Source: Trypanosoma brucei (lineage: Eukaryota). Taken from it: a stretch of DNA of 64,000 nucleotides. The notes beneath the pieces were generated by a model that did not search any database, had not been told where the DNA came from, and saw nothing but the letters and a program-made list of their open reading frames with translations. The stretch spans positions 1,792,001-1,856,000 of the forward strand of contig CM000207.1 of NCBI GenBank assembly GCA_000002445.1. The letters are read 5' to 3'. Position 1 is the first letter of the stretch; every line of letters starts with the position of its first letter. Of this stretch, positions 1 through 10,553 are shown piece by piece. The position numbers and the translations under genes were made by a program.

Positions 1-345
1 CCCGCTATGATGCGGTGGCACCACCTTATATTTTGGTAAGCAATGCAAATACGAATAATAACAATAACAATCTGCGATCTGTTGGTTAATACATACATCT
101 ACCTGTATGCATATATCGCATTTTCCCCCTGCTGCTGTCATTTTTATTTTTTGTGATTCTGGAGCGTTGTTGAAAGGTGAGGCAAAAGAAGGAAGAAGGG
201 GTCACACCTTTTCGGGTGGTTTCTTTCACAAAAATAATAATAAAAGAACGCGATATTACCACTGCAGTGGTTGGTGGGTTTCGTTGGGTGCTGGGGAGAA
301 GGAGAGGAAATACGCGGCAAGTGATACAAGTGAAGAGGCACCTTC

Positions 346-2307
346 ATGCTTACTTCATCCTTCATCAGCGATGAAGATAACTTTTCTCAGCGACTTGAGC
401 ATATAAATAGGGAAATGAAAGCTATCATGGACCGTACAGGAGTGGAACGAAGCCAACTTCTTAACATGGAGGCGCGAGGCTCTGTGATGAGGAATTTGCA
501 CGACGGGTTTCGCATTGGAGGTGTTTCCCACACCTCCTTTACGACTCCGCTTAACACAACACCACCTGTCTCTCTGCCTCCAGGTCCCACCTCAAGTCAT
601 GATATTTCTGAGGATATAACGATGAAACGAATGATTGATGAGCGCGTCGGGGAACTCCGGGGGTCATTTGCTCAAATGCTGTCTGATACAATTAGCAGCT
701 TGAACCTAAATATTCAGCAGCGTTTTGATGATGCTCAGAGGTCACGACTGGACTTTACGGAGTCCCTGCGAGAGACAGCTGACACCGCGAGGCGTAGCGT
801 GAGTGAACTGCAAACTGCGTTTAGTCGGATGAAACGTACAGTAGATCGCCCTGTAGAAGAATTGGCAAGGGAACTGCAAGAGCATGTGTCACGGAGCAAT
901 CAGGAAAATACGCGCGTCCGTGACGCCATAGCTTCCCTGGAAAATGAGGCACGGGTGGAACGACAACGTGGGGATCGGCGCATAGATGAACTCGTTCGCC
1001 GCCACCATGACTTAGTGCGTAATTCACTACTGGAGCTTGACGCGCACGTTGACGGGTTGCGCGATGAGCTCCAGGCGATGGTTCGACTGCAAAGCAAACA
1101 GGTGATGGAGGAGTTGAGCTCAACACAGCAACAAGTTGCTCGTCTGCATGGTGCGTTAGAGGCAATGAATGATACCACTGTGCGTTGGGTGGCTGAGTTA
1201 CGTGACTTAATGGAGGAAAATGCAAAGCGGCGTAGTGAGATGCAGTCACTGAAAGGTGAAGTAGATAACTTAGGTGCTCTTGTTAAGCAACTGAGTAACC
1301 AACTTACCACTATCGCTAAAGGTAGTACCCCCATTAGCGGTGAAGGCGGTCATAACACCCCGTTGAGAAAATCAAGTTCTGGTGTGGAAGGTGACGGGGC
1401 TTCGCCTGAAACTATTAAAGCTTTGAAGTACACTGTCAATTGTCTTGCGAGTGATATGACACGTATGGGCCGTCAGATGGCGTATATGAATGGTGCACTA
1501 CAAAAATTGTTTGCTTCCCACAACGCCGGCTCATACGGCGGTGCCAACGGAAATGGGAGGTTTCCCCCACCAGTTTCCGGTGCATCACATGGCAGGGTTG
1601 GGGATCATGGGTATGGTGGCAGACCCACCTCCATGAATTCAAGTAATTCCCCTCAGTTTCCCTTCCCTTACGGCGGAACCTCCGCTGGCACACGTGAATT
1701 TCAGCACCCGCATATGATGGGAAGCCGTAGTCTGTACAGTGGTGGACTTCCGGGGTTCGGGGCGGGGACAAATAGTCCACCGGCAGTTCACGCAAGTACC
1801 ACTGACGCATCGCCCATGTCAGCGTATTCTCCCAGAAATTGCTCCCCCTCCTACAGTATGGGGGAGGCACAGCAGTCACCGCAACAACAAGAGCCTTCCC
1901 CGATACCTGAGCAGTGTCGTGTTAACAACAGTGAGAGCGCAAGCCCAAAACACAGTGTTACCCAAAATAAACAAACATCTCCCGATGAGGATGAGCGGGC
2001 GCCGTCCTCATCCTCTGCATTTCGCTGTGGGGAAGTTGACTCACCCTTAAATGTGGCGTCAACACACTCGCAGAACCATTCAAGCTCGCATCATCGGGGG
2101 TCACCCATTCAAGCCAATACGACATCGCCAGGTGTTCTCAGTGAGAAGTCACCTGCAGGACAATCTACGCCACCTGATTCGTATGTGAGTTCACGGAATA
2201 GTGTGGTGTTGGATAGGAGGGAAAGCAGGCAGTATAATCCTGCACCAACCAGTGATCTTGAGAGTGAGCTGGACAATAAGAAAATCGCTCGCTTAGCGCT
2301 AGACTAG
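346..2307 (+). CDS. hypothetical protein: coiled-coil N-terminal half, Ser/Pro/Gly-rich low-complexity C-terminal half
   Basis: ATG at 346 opens a 653-aa ORF. The N-terminal about 330 aa is heptad-like and rich in E/R/L/Q (e.g. ELARELQEHVSRSNQENTRVRDAIASLENEARVERQRGD). The C-terminus is a disordered S/P/G/N-rich tail. I recognise no enzymatic motif. Same strand as all other genes. Confidence 0.65.
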   Translation: MLTSSFISDEDNFSQRLEHINREMKAIMDRTGVERSQLLNMEARGSVMRNLHDGFRIGGVSHTSFTTPLNTTPPVSLPPGPTSSHDISEDITMKRMIDERVGELRGSFAQMLSDTISSLNLNIQQRFDDAQRSRLDFTESLRETADTARRSVSELQTAFSRMKRTVDRPVEELARELQEHVSRSNQENTRVRDAIASLENEARVERQRGDRRIDELVRRHHDLVRNSLLELDAHVDGLRDELQAMVRLQSKQVMEELSSTQQQVARLHGALEAMNDTTVRWVAELRDLMEENAKRRSEMQSLKGEVDNLGALVKQLSNQLTTIAKGSTPISGEGGHNTPLRKSSSGVEGDGASPETIKALKYTVNCLASDMTRMGRQMAYMNGALQKLFASHNAGSYGGANGNGRFPPPVSGASHGRVGDHGYGGRPTSMNSSNSPQFPFPYGGTSAGTREFQHPHMMGSRSLYSGGLPGFGAGTNSPPAVHASTTDASPMSAYSPRNCSPSYSMGEAQQSPQQQEPSPIPEQCRVNNSESASPKHSVTQNKQTSPDEDERAPSSSSAFRCGEVDSPLNVASTHSQNHSSSHHRGSPIQANTTSPGVLSEKSPAGQSTPPDSYVSSRNSVVLDRRESRQYNPAPTSDLESELDNKKIARLALD

Positions 2308-3317
2308 CAAATAAATGTAACGATGAGTATGTGCATGTGAAGCAATTGCATCGAAGTGACAGGTGCTGACAATGACGAGGGGAACTTCGTACAACGCGTG
2401 CCCTATAGAAACGGTACGTACAAATAAAGAAGAACAAATCGTGTGAATTAGAAAAGTCAACAAACCATACGTTTTTAAAAAGTTTTTGTCTTGCAACAAG
2501 GAATATATTTGATTACTTACCTACCCCTTTCAATTCCCATTTTTCTCACTATCTCACTTTCCAGTCACCTGCTGTATTTTCTCCAGCACTTCACTCGAAG
2601 CAACGGATGGAGTAGTGGATAAGAAACAAGTTCTGTTTGTGCGTCTTGCGCTTGTGGGAACGTGCGGTATGGCAACAGCGAACACTGCTAGCTCTTTTCT
2701 TTCTGTTTCTTTACTTCGTTCTCCGTTGGTTCGACCTTTCGTTTTAGTTTTAGACGTGTTGCTTATCGTTGTGCGTATGCGGTGTCCCCTTCCTCGCTTT
2801 TTATTTTTTTTGTTAACGTAGATTTCATAGCGGGAAAATCCTATTGTAGTTCTTTGTTGTTTGGTGGTGAGTTGTACGTTTTGCATGTTCCATCATTAAA
2901 CCTTTTGCGCCCCTTAGCTTCCCCTCTGTGTATAGATTTGTGTGTCGTGTTTCTTCCAACACCTAATAGGTCACTCACATACTCATATATATGCGTGCGT
3001 GTGCATGCACCTATATATAATACAAATACGAACTCACATTTATTTGTTGAGGGTCCATTTTTCACTCATCACTTCAACGCCGGTTGCCGTAGTTTCAATT
3101 TTGCCACTTATGTTTGTTGGTGTTTCATCCCCTTAAGTCCACATAACTTCTTTTGCCCTCTTCGTATATTATTAGATATATATATATATATGTGCGTGTG
3201 TTTGTTCATCCTTACCCTTCATGCTATGGCCTCATTCTCGCTCTGTTATCGTTTACCTACCCATTTATTTGCATTTTATCGATACTCGGCATTGAAGTGA
3301 CGTGCATCTTAGGTTAA

Positions 3318-3971
3318 ATGCTCTCAGCAGCTGCTGCCGTGGCGGGTAAGAGAAAATCTAACAACACCATGACAGGCAGCAACGGTAATGACGAACCCTT
3401 TAAGCGTGAAATGCGCACTGTGAAGGTGCCACACCACCGCTTCCCTGCACTTAAGAAAGTTTGGATGGATGTGTACACGCCCATTGTAGAGCAGTGCAAG
3501 CTGGAGATTCGCATGAACTTACGGGGACGCAGTGTAGAGCTCCGTACGTGCCCAGCTACAGTGGAAGCAGCAGGAAATGAAGGAAGTAAGGCACTTCTGC
3601 AAAAGGCCGAAGACTTTGTAAAGGCGGTGGTTGCTGGGTTTGATGTTAAGGATGCTGTTGCGCTTTTACGTATGGATGACGTGTACATTGAGGGATTTGA
3701 GGTGAAGGATGTACGGGCTAATTTGCAAGGTGATAATCTCTCTCGTTGCATCGGCCGCATGAGTGGATCACATGGAAAGACGAAGCACACCATTGAGAAC
3801 GTGACCCGCACACGTATTGTCATTGCAGATACGCACATTTGTATTATGGGAACAACACAAAATATTCGCGTAGCGAGGGACGCCCTCTGCGACCTCATTC
3901 GTGGCAGTCCTGCAACGAAGGTTTACACGCGTGTGCGCGCCGTGATGAATCGTGTTAACGATACCTTTTAA
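3318..3971 (+). CDS. PNO1: PNO1/Dim2-like KH-domain pre-40S ribosome biogenesis factor (partner of Nob1)
   Basis: 217-aa ORF. The C-terminal stretch IGRMSGSHGKTKHTIENVTRTRIVIADTHICIMGTTQNIRVARDALCDLIRGSPATKVYTRVRAVMNRV matches the conserved PNO1 KH region (compare human RIAGKDGKTKFAIENATRTRIVLADTKIHILGSFQNIKVARDAICSLILGSPPGKVYGNLRAV). The overlapping minus-strand ORF 3314..3898 is an antisense shadow. Confidence 0.85.
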   Translation: MLSAAAAVAGKRKSNNTMTGSNGNDEPFKREMRTVKVPHHRFPALKKVWMDVYTPIVEQCKLEIRMNLRGRSVELRTCPATVEAAGNEGSKALLQKAEDFVKAVVAGFDVKDAVALLRMDDVYIEGFEVKDVRANLQGDNLSRCIGRMSGSHGKTKHTIENVTRTRIVIADTHICIMGTTQNIRVARDALCDLIRGSPATKVYTRVRAVMNRVNDTF

Positions 3972-4003
3972 TATGCTTTATAGCTTATACATCCGTCCAC
4001 ATC

Positions 4004-4032
4004 TGTGTATGTGTGTGTGTGTGTGTGTGTGT
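4004..4032. repeat. (GT)n microsatellite
   Basis: Uninterrupted gtgtgt... run in the gap immediately 3' of the PNO1-like CDS. Confidence 0.9.
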
Positions 4033-4740
4033 TGGAGATTGAGGAACATGTGCAGGGGAAAATTACACAACGCGTGAAACCTCACATGATTTTACCATTG
4101 GAGGTAATGTCGGTGTTGCTGATTGTGATGCATTTCTCTGTTTGTTCGTTCGTTTGTCAGTGTTGATTCTCCCGCTCACACTTGAGTTGTGTTTGATTCG
4201 ATGTTTTTTTCTGTTCAGTCGATACGTTCTGTTGTACCTTGTGATGGGACCTTCCAACTCCCAAAAGACGAGGCAAAAGCAACAACAGCAAGGAAGAAAA
4301 AAAAAATGGAATGTAAAGAAGGAAGAAATTAAACTGAATGAATCACATGACGAGGGAATGCATGTGAAGGGGGAGGGAAAGATGAAGCTATACCTTTACA
4401 AAAGGTATCATCTGTAGATTACTGGTCGCACCAGTGATGTAGTGCGTATACGAAGAAAAATGGTGTTATATTATAATCGAATAAACGTAAAATAGTGGGA
4501 GTAGGAGAAGGGGAAGGGGAGTATATGAACCACTCTGCCTTTCTCACCCTCCTTTGAGTTGTTGTTGTTGTCCCCTTGAGTGAAATAATTAAGAAAAAAA
4601 AATATAACCAATTAGTAATTATTTCGAATCCAAGAGAGTTGTGGTATTAAGCAACTCAAGAATGCACCCCACCTTTAATTTTTTAAAATTAAGTTTATCC
4701 CTTTTCAAATGTCACTTTAATGAGTTGTTGCTTTTGGATT

Positions 4741-4782
4741 TCACCTCTTCCGTTTATTCTTTTTTTTCTTTTTCTCATTTGT
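4741..4782 (+). promoter_or_regulatory. polypyrimidine tract upstream of SMC1 (candidate splice-acceptor signal)
   Basis: tcacctcttccgtttattcttttttttctttttctcatttgtc, about 215 nt upstream of ATG 4997. Confidence 0.45.
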
Positions 4783-4996
4783 CAAAAACTTGTTGAATGC
4801 TCTTCATGCTGGTGGTCTCTCCCCTAAAAAAGAGCAATAATACGAATAGGCCAAAGTAAGAAGCAAGCATTCGTCAATAGGCAATTTAAGGCAGGGTTCC
4901 GTGGCCAAATCGAATAAAGTACAAGCGCACATCCATACATATACACGAATATATATATATATATTGTAACAAGTCAAAGATAGCTTCAACTCGGTG

Positions 4997-7900
4997 ATGT
5001 CGTCGCGGATAGAGCGCGTGGAGTTGTTCAACTTCAAAAGTTATTCGGGTCACGTGACAATTGGCCCCTTGAAAGACTTTACATGCATTGTTGGCCCCAA
5101 TGGCTCCGGGAAATCAAACCTTATGGATGCGTTGTGTTTTGTGCTAAGTTCCAACTCCACAGCGACGCTACGTGGCGGAAGCCCAACAGATTTTATTCAC
5201 CGTGGCGCGCAGCAGAGGGAATGTTTCGTTACTGTTGTGCTTCGGCATAGTCGAGCAGATTCGATTGGTTCATCTATTGTTAGTGTTAAAAACGGTGGAA
5301 GTGACAATATGCCCGAAACGTCCTTCACCCGCATTGTGGACAGTGCAGGGCGTATTAAGCACAAAGTTAACGGGAAGCCAGTTGGCGAAGAAGACTTCGT
5401 GTCGGCACTGAGGAAAGTTAACATCGGCCCTCGCGTTAACAACTTTTTGGTGTTTCAAAATGAAGTGCAATCGGTCTCAAAGAAGAAGGCCCAGGAGTTA
5501 ACAGAATTTTTGGAGCGTGTAAGTGGAAGCATTGAATTCAAGGAGGAGTATGACCGTTTGAAGAAAACAGGGGAGCTGGCAAAAATTGAGCTCGCCAAAG
5601 CCGCAGCTGCGAGACGGGAGGCGGGGTCTGCATTAACCGTTGCTCGTGATCAAAAGAAGGAGACGGAAAAGTACAGCGAAACAATGAAGCGTATTTCTGA
5701 AGAGAGGTGCAATGAAGCACTTGTTGAGCTCCTAAGCATTGAGAATCGTATTAGAAAGCAGAAACGGCAGCTCGCACTGCAGAGTGCGGAGCTGGAAAAG
5801 CTTATGAAAACCTTTACATCGGCACAGGATGCGGAGGAGATGAAGCGCACGTACGCTGAAAAGAATAAGTCTTACTTGGAGGAAATAAACCAGAATAGGA
5901 AGGATATCAGTGACCTGCGAAATTTACGAAGTAGCCTTGACAATGCCATGGTCCGTTTGGAGCACTTGAAACGTAGCCATGATGAAAAAAGACGAAAAAT
6001 GGAAAGCGTTTTGGCAAACGAGGAGAATCGGTCGCGGCAGAAAGAGCGAATTGAAGAGGAGATACGCAAACAAAAGGCGCTGCTTGCTGCTTTCGACGGG
6101 CGCTGCAAAGAAGAGGATAAGAATTATACGTCATTGAGTGATGCACTAAATAAGGAGCAACTGAAGGAGTATGGACGGCTCCGGGTTGCATCAAGGTGTC
6201 AAACCAGTACTCTTCGCCAGCAGGTGGATAGGGTGAGAGGTGAGCAGCAATCCATGAGTGAAGGGAAAAAGCAGTGCCTCGTTTCAATAGAGAATATTAC
6301 AATGCAGAGGGACAATCTCTTGGTGGAGGTGCAGAGGAGCGATGCTCTCATAACAGAACTTCAACAGCGTCAGGAGGAACTGCGGGAGCGGGCCAAAGAG
6401 CTTTCCAAGAACTCTGCAATGAAGCAGGCAGAAATTACCCATGCAGAGAGGCGCAACAGGGAAGCCGAAGTGGAGCTTGAAAAGATAAATGCCCAACTTG
6501 GCGAGTTGCACTTCATCGAAGAAAACGACAAACGTGAAGCCAAAGTAACGGAAGCGTTGGAAGAGCTAAAGGTTCTTCACGGCGTCCGCGGCCGACTTGT
6601 CGATCTCTGCACAATTCCCAACAATAAATACAGACACGCCGTAACGGTGGCACTCGGAAAAAACCTTGAAGCCGTCGTTGTCGATACCAGTGAGACTGCA
6701 CATGCATGCGTGCGGTATCTAAAGGAACGGCGTCTGCCGCCGTTGACATTCTTGCCTCTCAACTCCGTTAATGGGAGCGCAGTTGATGACAGGTTACGCA
6801 CGCTTGGTGGTACCTGTAAACCTGTTGTCGACGTCATTTGCTTTGATGCTTCCATAGAGGCTGCCGTGCGCTACGCCCTTGGCCAAACACTCGTCTGTGA
6901 TACCATGGGGGAAGGCCGACGCATCGCGTATGGGCAGAGCAGTGGGGAGCGTTTCAAAGTTGTGACTTGTGACGGTACCGTTCTCAGGCGTAATGGTGTT
7001 GTGCAAGGCGGACTTGCAGCCACACGTTCGCGTGCGCAGAAATGGGACAAAAAGAAGTATGAGGACCTGCGCGCAGCACAAAAACGTTTGATTGAAGGAA
7101 CCAACGGTTGGTTCGAATCTGAGCTTTCCCAGCTTCGCCATGAACTGCAAGGCATGCAGGAGGGTTTGAGATTTACAGAGCAGCGCCAAAAAGCTGTGAA
7201 GGAAGAGATTGAAAGGGCACGAAGTAAGGTCGAGGGCCTGCGTCAGAAGGTGAAGCAGCAAGAGGCCGAACTACACGCAGTAGAAGAGCGTCGCGCTTCA
7301 TACGAGGAGGGTCTTAAGAGGTGTGAGAAGGAATTGGAGGCGGGCCTAGCAGCCATCAAGCGTGCAGAACAAGAGCTGTTTGGTGATTTTCAGAAGCGTG
7401 TGAATATTCCGAACTTGTTGGAATATGAACAGAATGACTTGCGCCGTGCAAATGAGCGTGAGGAGCAACGCCAAACGTTATTGATGCTGATTGGGAAACT
7501 TGAGCTATCACTTAACTCAAATCATGGGCATGTGACCTTTGGTTCTAAGGATCTGCGTGCTGAGTGTGAAGAGATCGAATCACTCATCAAAAAATGTGAG
7601 GCAGAACTAACAGCTACCAAAAAAGTGGTCAAGGAGAAGGAGGTTAAGGTGAATGAGACGGGTGCTCGTGTGGTGCAGCTGAGGGGAGATCTCATGAAGC
7701 TGAAAGAGAGGCGGGATCAACAGGATCGCAGACAGGAGGATGAAAGGCAGAAGTTGAGGCAAGTTCGTCAAGTTGTGAGGATTCTTGAGGCTGGTTGCGA
7801 AACATTTCGCTTACAACGAATGAATGTTGTGCGACGTTGCCAAATGGAAAATGTACCCATCCTCTTAAAACCTGTAGATGCAGTTGGTAAGAAACGGTTG

Positions 7901-8824
7901 CGGCCTTCTGATGCGGATGATCTCAGTTTCAGCGAACCCTTCGCCCTCATTGAGGCCGACACCCCTGATCCTTCACAACAATCCCAACAACAGGACCGAC
8001 GCCCTGCTTTGAAAGCGGCAGCTGAAGACGGACGTGTTATGATTGACTTCTCCGTACTCTCAGAAAATCTTCGGCTTGTTGCCGCTAATGACGCGCAGTT
8101 GTCGCAGTACAAACAGCGCACAGCCTCTTTACTGGAAACTCTTCAACGTACAGTTGAGTCTCTGGGACCCAACCTGAGGGCGGCGACACGCGTAGTTGAC
8201 TGTGAGGCAAAGCTAGCGTTGTGCAATGCTCAATTCGATGCGGTACATAAGAGGGTGAGAGAGATAGATTCGAACCTCATGAAAGTTAAGCACCTCCGCA
8301 CCAAGCGTTTCTTTGAAACGTACAATAAAATAGCTGTGCATGTAGGAAATGTCTACAAGGGTTTGACAAAAAGTGATTCCGATGGGCTTGTGCATGGTAT
8401 CGCGTGTTTGAACCTTGAGAACGAGGATGAACCGTACCTTGGGGGAACCCTTTATAACGCAACACCTCCAATGAAGAGGTGTACAGAAATAGAACGTCTC
8501 TCTGGTGGAGAGCGTACAATGGCTGCTCTCGCACTACTGTTTGCCGTACATGCCACCTCACCAACTCCCTTTTTTGTTTTGGATGAGGTGGATGCCGCAC
8601 TGGACGCTGCAAACGTTCAACGATTGGCGAAATATACTCGAGAGAACTGCAACACAACGCAGTTTATTGTCATTTCCCTCATGGACCAACTGTACCACAT
8701 GGCTGACATGTTGGTCGGTGTACTGAAGGATAAGGAAAGGGGGAGTTCCTCTATTCTTACGATGGATCTCAGTTCTTATCCCCTTGTAGTGGGTGGTGGC
8801 AATAAACACATAAATGGTTATTAG
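4997..8824 (+). CDS. SMC1: structural maintenance of chromosomes protein SMC1 (cohesin ATPase)
   Basis: The track ORF starts at a GTG at 4994; the first ATG is 4997. The N-terminus RIERVELFNFKSY...GPNGSGKSNLMDA carries a Walker A motif. Long coiled-coil arms flank a hinge, LVDLC...LGKNLEAVVVDTSETAHACVRYLKERRLPPLTFLPLNSV. The C-terminus has the ABC signature and Walker B, LSGGERTMAALALLFAVH...PFFVLDEVDAALD. The signature and D-loop region resembles SMC1 more than SMC2, SMC3 or SMC4. Confidence 0.9.
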   Translation: MSSRIERVELFNFKSYSGHVTIGPLKDFTCIVGPNGSGKSNLMDALCFVLSSNSTATLRGGSPTDFIHRGAQQRECFVTVVLRHSRADSIGSSIVSVKNGGSDNMPETSFTRIVDSAGRIKHKVNGKPVGEEDFVSALRKVNIGPRVNNFLVFQNEVQSVSKKKAQELTEFLERVSGSIEFKEEYDRLKKTGELAKIELAKAAAARREAGSALTVARDQKKETEKYSETMKRISEERCNEALVELLSIENRIRKQKRQLALQSAELEKLMKTFTSAQDAEEMKRTYAEKNKSYLEEINQNRKDISDLRNLRSSLDNAMVRLEHLKRSHDEKRRKMESVLANEENRSRQKERIEEEIRKQKALLAAFDGRCKEEDKNYTSLSDALNKEQLKEYGRLRVASRCQTSTLRQQVDRVRGEQQSMSEGKKQCLVSIENITMQRDNLLVEVQRSDALITELQQRQEELRERAKELSKNSAMKQAEITHAERRNREAEVELEKINAQLGELHFIEENDKREAKVTEALEELKVLHGVRGRLVDLCTIPNNKYRHAVTVALGKNLEAVVVDTSETAHACVRYLKERRLPPLTFLPLNSVNGSAVDDRLRTLGGTCKPVVDVICFDASIEAAVRYALGQTLVCDTMGEGRRIAYGQSSGERFKVVTCDGTVLRRNGVVQGGLAATRSRAQKWDKKKYEDLRAAQKRLIEGTNGWFESELSQLRHELQGMQEGLRFTEQRQKAVKEEIERARSKVEGLRQKVKQQEAELHAVEERRASYEEGLKRCEKELEAGLAAIKRAEQELFGDFQKRVNIPNLLEYEQNDLRRANEREEQRQTLLMLIGKLELSLNSNHGHVTFGSKDLRAECEEIESLIKKCEAELTATKKVVKEKEVKVNETGARVVQLRGDLMKLKERRDQQDRRQEDERQKLRQVRQVVRILEAGCETFRLQRMNVVRRCQMENVPILLKPVDAVGKKRLRPSDADDLSFSEPFALIEADTPDPSQQSQQQDRRPALKAAAEDGRVMIDFSVLSENLRLVAANDAQLSQYKQRTASLLETLQRTVESLGPNLRAATRVVDCEAKLALCNAQFDAVHKRVREIDSNLMKVKHLRTKRFFETYNKIAVHVGNVYKGLTKSDSDGLVHGIACLNLENEDEPYLGGTLYNATPPMKRCTEIERLSGGERTMAALALLFAVHATSPTPFFVLDEVDAALDAANVQRLAKYTRENCNTTQFIVISLMDQLYHMADMLVGVLKDKERGSSSILTMDLSSYPLVVGGGNKHINGY

Positions 8825-9272
8825 TGACGGATCAAAACGTAATGCCAGCGTTGTGCCCTTTGCTTTTCTTTGTTTCGTTTTCCCTCGGCTTGGGACGGAG
8901 TAGGACAAGAGCAGAGTGAAAAAGACAGAATACCATAGAGTAACAGACTGGCTATAGAAAGTATATATATATATGTATATTTCTCTTATATGTGTGTGTG
9001 TGTGTGTTTATGTGCCTGTGTATGGACCGTTTAACACCAGGATTACCAAAGGAATTGTGGTAACGCGCACACACCCACACACATATATATAAGAGAAATG
9101 AAATATAGTGGGTGTTTTCCTCGAAAGAAGAAAATTGATGTTTTTTTTAAATAAAAAAAGCATTTCCCCTCTTTTAACATGCCGTTTTACTGGTACCTTA
9201 CAGATTTTTCCTTTTTATCCCTTGGAGGTGGTAGCGGCGAAAGACGTGTGTGTTGTTTGTGTGTTTATGTCT

Positions 9273-9285
<13 letters not shown>

Positions 9286-9310
<25 letters not shown>
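9286..9310. repeat. (TA)n microsatellite followed by a G8 run
   Basis: tatatatatatatatatatatatat then tggggggggc, in the 1.7-kb gap downstream of SMC1. Confidence 0.9.
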
Positions 9311-9313
<3 letters not shown>

Positions 9314-10290
9314 GGGGGGCGAGGCCTGCAAGAATAATATCTTGGCGCGTGGCCACGTTGACTTTTTTAACGTTCTAATTTGTGACAGTTACTGTGCATG
9401 CGCACATTTCTCTAGCTATTTGTTTTTTCTTGTTTCGTTTCCGATTCTTTCCTTTTTCTTTTTTTTTTTTTTACTCCTTGTTCCTCTGAAGTTGAGGTTA
9501 TTTTTACCCTCCTTGGTTATGTGATGGATTATGGTTGGTTTCCTCAACTGTTGATGAGCAAACGGAATCCGAACCCCTCCACTGAAACGACTGCAACTCC
9601 TTTGACTTTTTGCTACAAGGACTCAAGGAAGGAAGAACATGGTCACGCACGGCATCTAACTATTATCTGTCTAAGCAAATAAAAAACAAAAATAAAGGTA
9701 TACGTGCATGTATTTGCAGACGTCTGTGTGTATACATGCTTGTGTTCCATTCGTAAAAGAAACAACACCATCAACAGCAGATGGAGTTGTCGCGGGCTGG
9801 TGGACCCAATAATAACTACAGCGCGCCGATGAGTAAATGCTGTGGGAGAAAGGAATATATGTATGTGAACTGTTTTTGAGTACAATTACTTCTTTTTGAA
9901 GCTCATTTCCTCCTTTGAAACGAGTTTTATTTTTGTTTTTTGCTGGAAGTGCGGGATGTTTATGTACCAGGTTTCCATCAACTTGGAATGCGTATCTTTT
10001 CGTGGTTTGATCGTCGTTGCTGTTTGTGTGTGTGCATGTATGTGTATTGCGCACTTGTGAATTTGCACGTGCAAATGGCCGCGTCGGACGCAGTGAGAAT
10101 AGTGGTAGTGATTAGTGGATCTCCAAATAGATGGACATATGTGGGTTTGTTCAGGAAACAGACATAGTTTTTTTTTTCACGCCACATTTCGCAGTTGCCG
10201 GTGTAAGACTATGAAGAGTTAATTAGAACCACATACTTGCATGTGGTTGCAACCGTCACGTTAATATGATGTCCTCCAAAGGAGCAAGGT

Positions 10291-10372
10291 TTCCCTCACG
10301 TTTTGTCGCTTACTTGTCTCTCTTTTTTTGTTTGTTTCTTACTTCTTTTTTTCTTTCCTCAGTTTACGCCAG
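10291..10372 (+). promoter_or_regulatory. polypyrimidine tract plus downstream AG: probable trans-splice acceptor region for the FYVE gene, and poly(A)-site guide for the upstream gene
   Basis: About 80 nt that are more than 85% C/T (ttccctcacgttttgtcgcttacttgtctctctttttttgtttgtttcttacttctttttttctttcctcag), ending in AG about 180 nt upstream of ATG 10554. The kinetoplastid mRNA processing model is established knowledge. Confidence 0.5.
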
Positions 10373-10553
10373 TAGGGAAGTAAAAGTGCGTTTGTTCGTA
10401 CTCATCCTGCAGGCGGAGGGCGATATTATTACGGTGTTAGTGTAAGTGAGGGAGGGCGTCAAAGTTAAGGAAAGGATTTTAATTGATCGACCTCAGGAGG
10501 ATTTGTGCTGCTAAAAGATTTTGGTGTCGAGCGAGAGGGTGTAGGCGGCGAAT

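Noticed and set aside
107-406. Short ORFs at the 5' edge (107..406 + and 177..374 +) upstream of the first gene.
   Set aside because: They overlap the start of the 346..2307 CDS in other frames, are low-complexity, and have no support. The region is more likely 5' UTR or intergenic.
3314-3898. Long minus-strand ORFs overlapping + strand genes, for example 3314..3898, 22402..23091, 46491..47030, 47009..47593 and 14289..14579.
   Set aside because: Each is fully contained in a stronger + strand CDS with a recognisable product. Their composition mirrors the sense gene, and kinetoplastid transcription units are unidirectional. They are antisense shadows, not genes.
7095-7125. tRNA T-loop-like strings (GGTTCGAATC at about 7107 and GATTCGAACC at about 8268).
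   Set aside because: Both lie inside the SMC1 CDS. The flanking bases do not form T-stem, acceptor or anticodon arms. These are chance matches, and no tRNA gene is supported anywhere in the window.
9286-9318. Regularly spaced short repeats ((TA)n and (GT)n blocks), considered as possible CRISPR-like arrays or prokaryotic defence loci.
   Set aside because: They are simple dinucleotide microsatellites without the repeat-spacer structure of a CRISPR array. The sequence is eukaryotic (kinetoplastid), so prokaryotic system calls do not apply.
9552-9600. C-box (TGATGA) and CTGA motifs about 40 nt apart in the post-SMC1 gap, which could suggest a C/D snoRNA.
   Set aside because: The spacing is too short for a C/D snoRNA. 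There is no terminal stem, no D' or C' arrangement, and no rRNA-complementary guide can be checked here. It was not worth a feature call.
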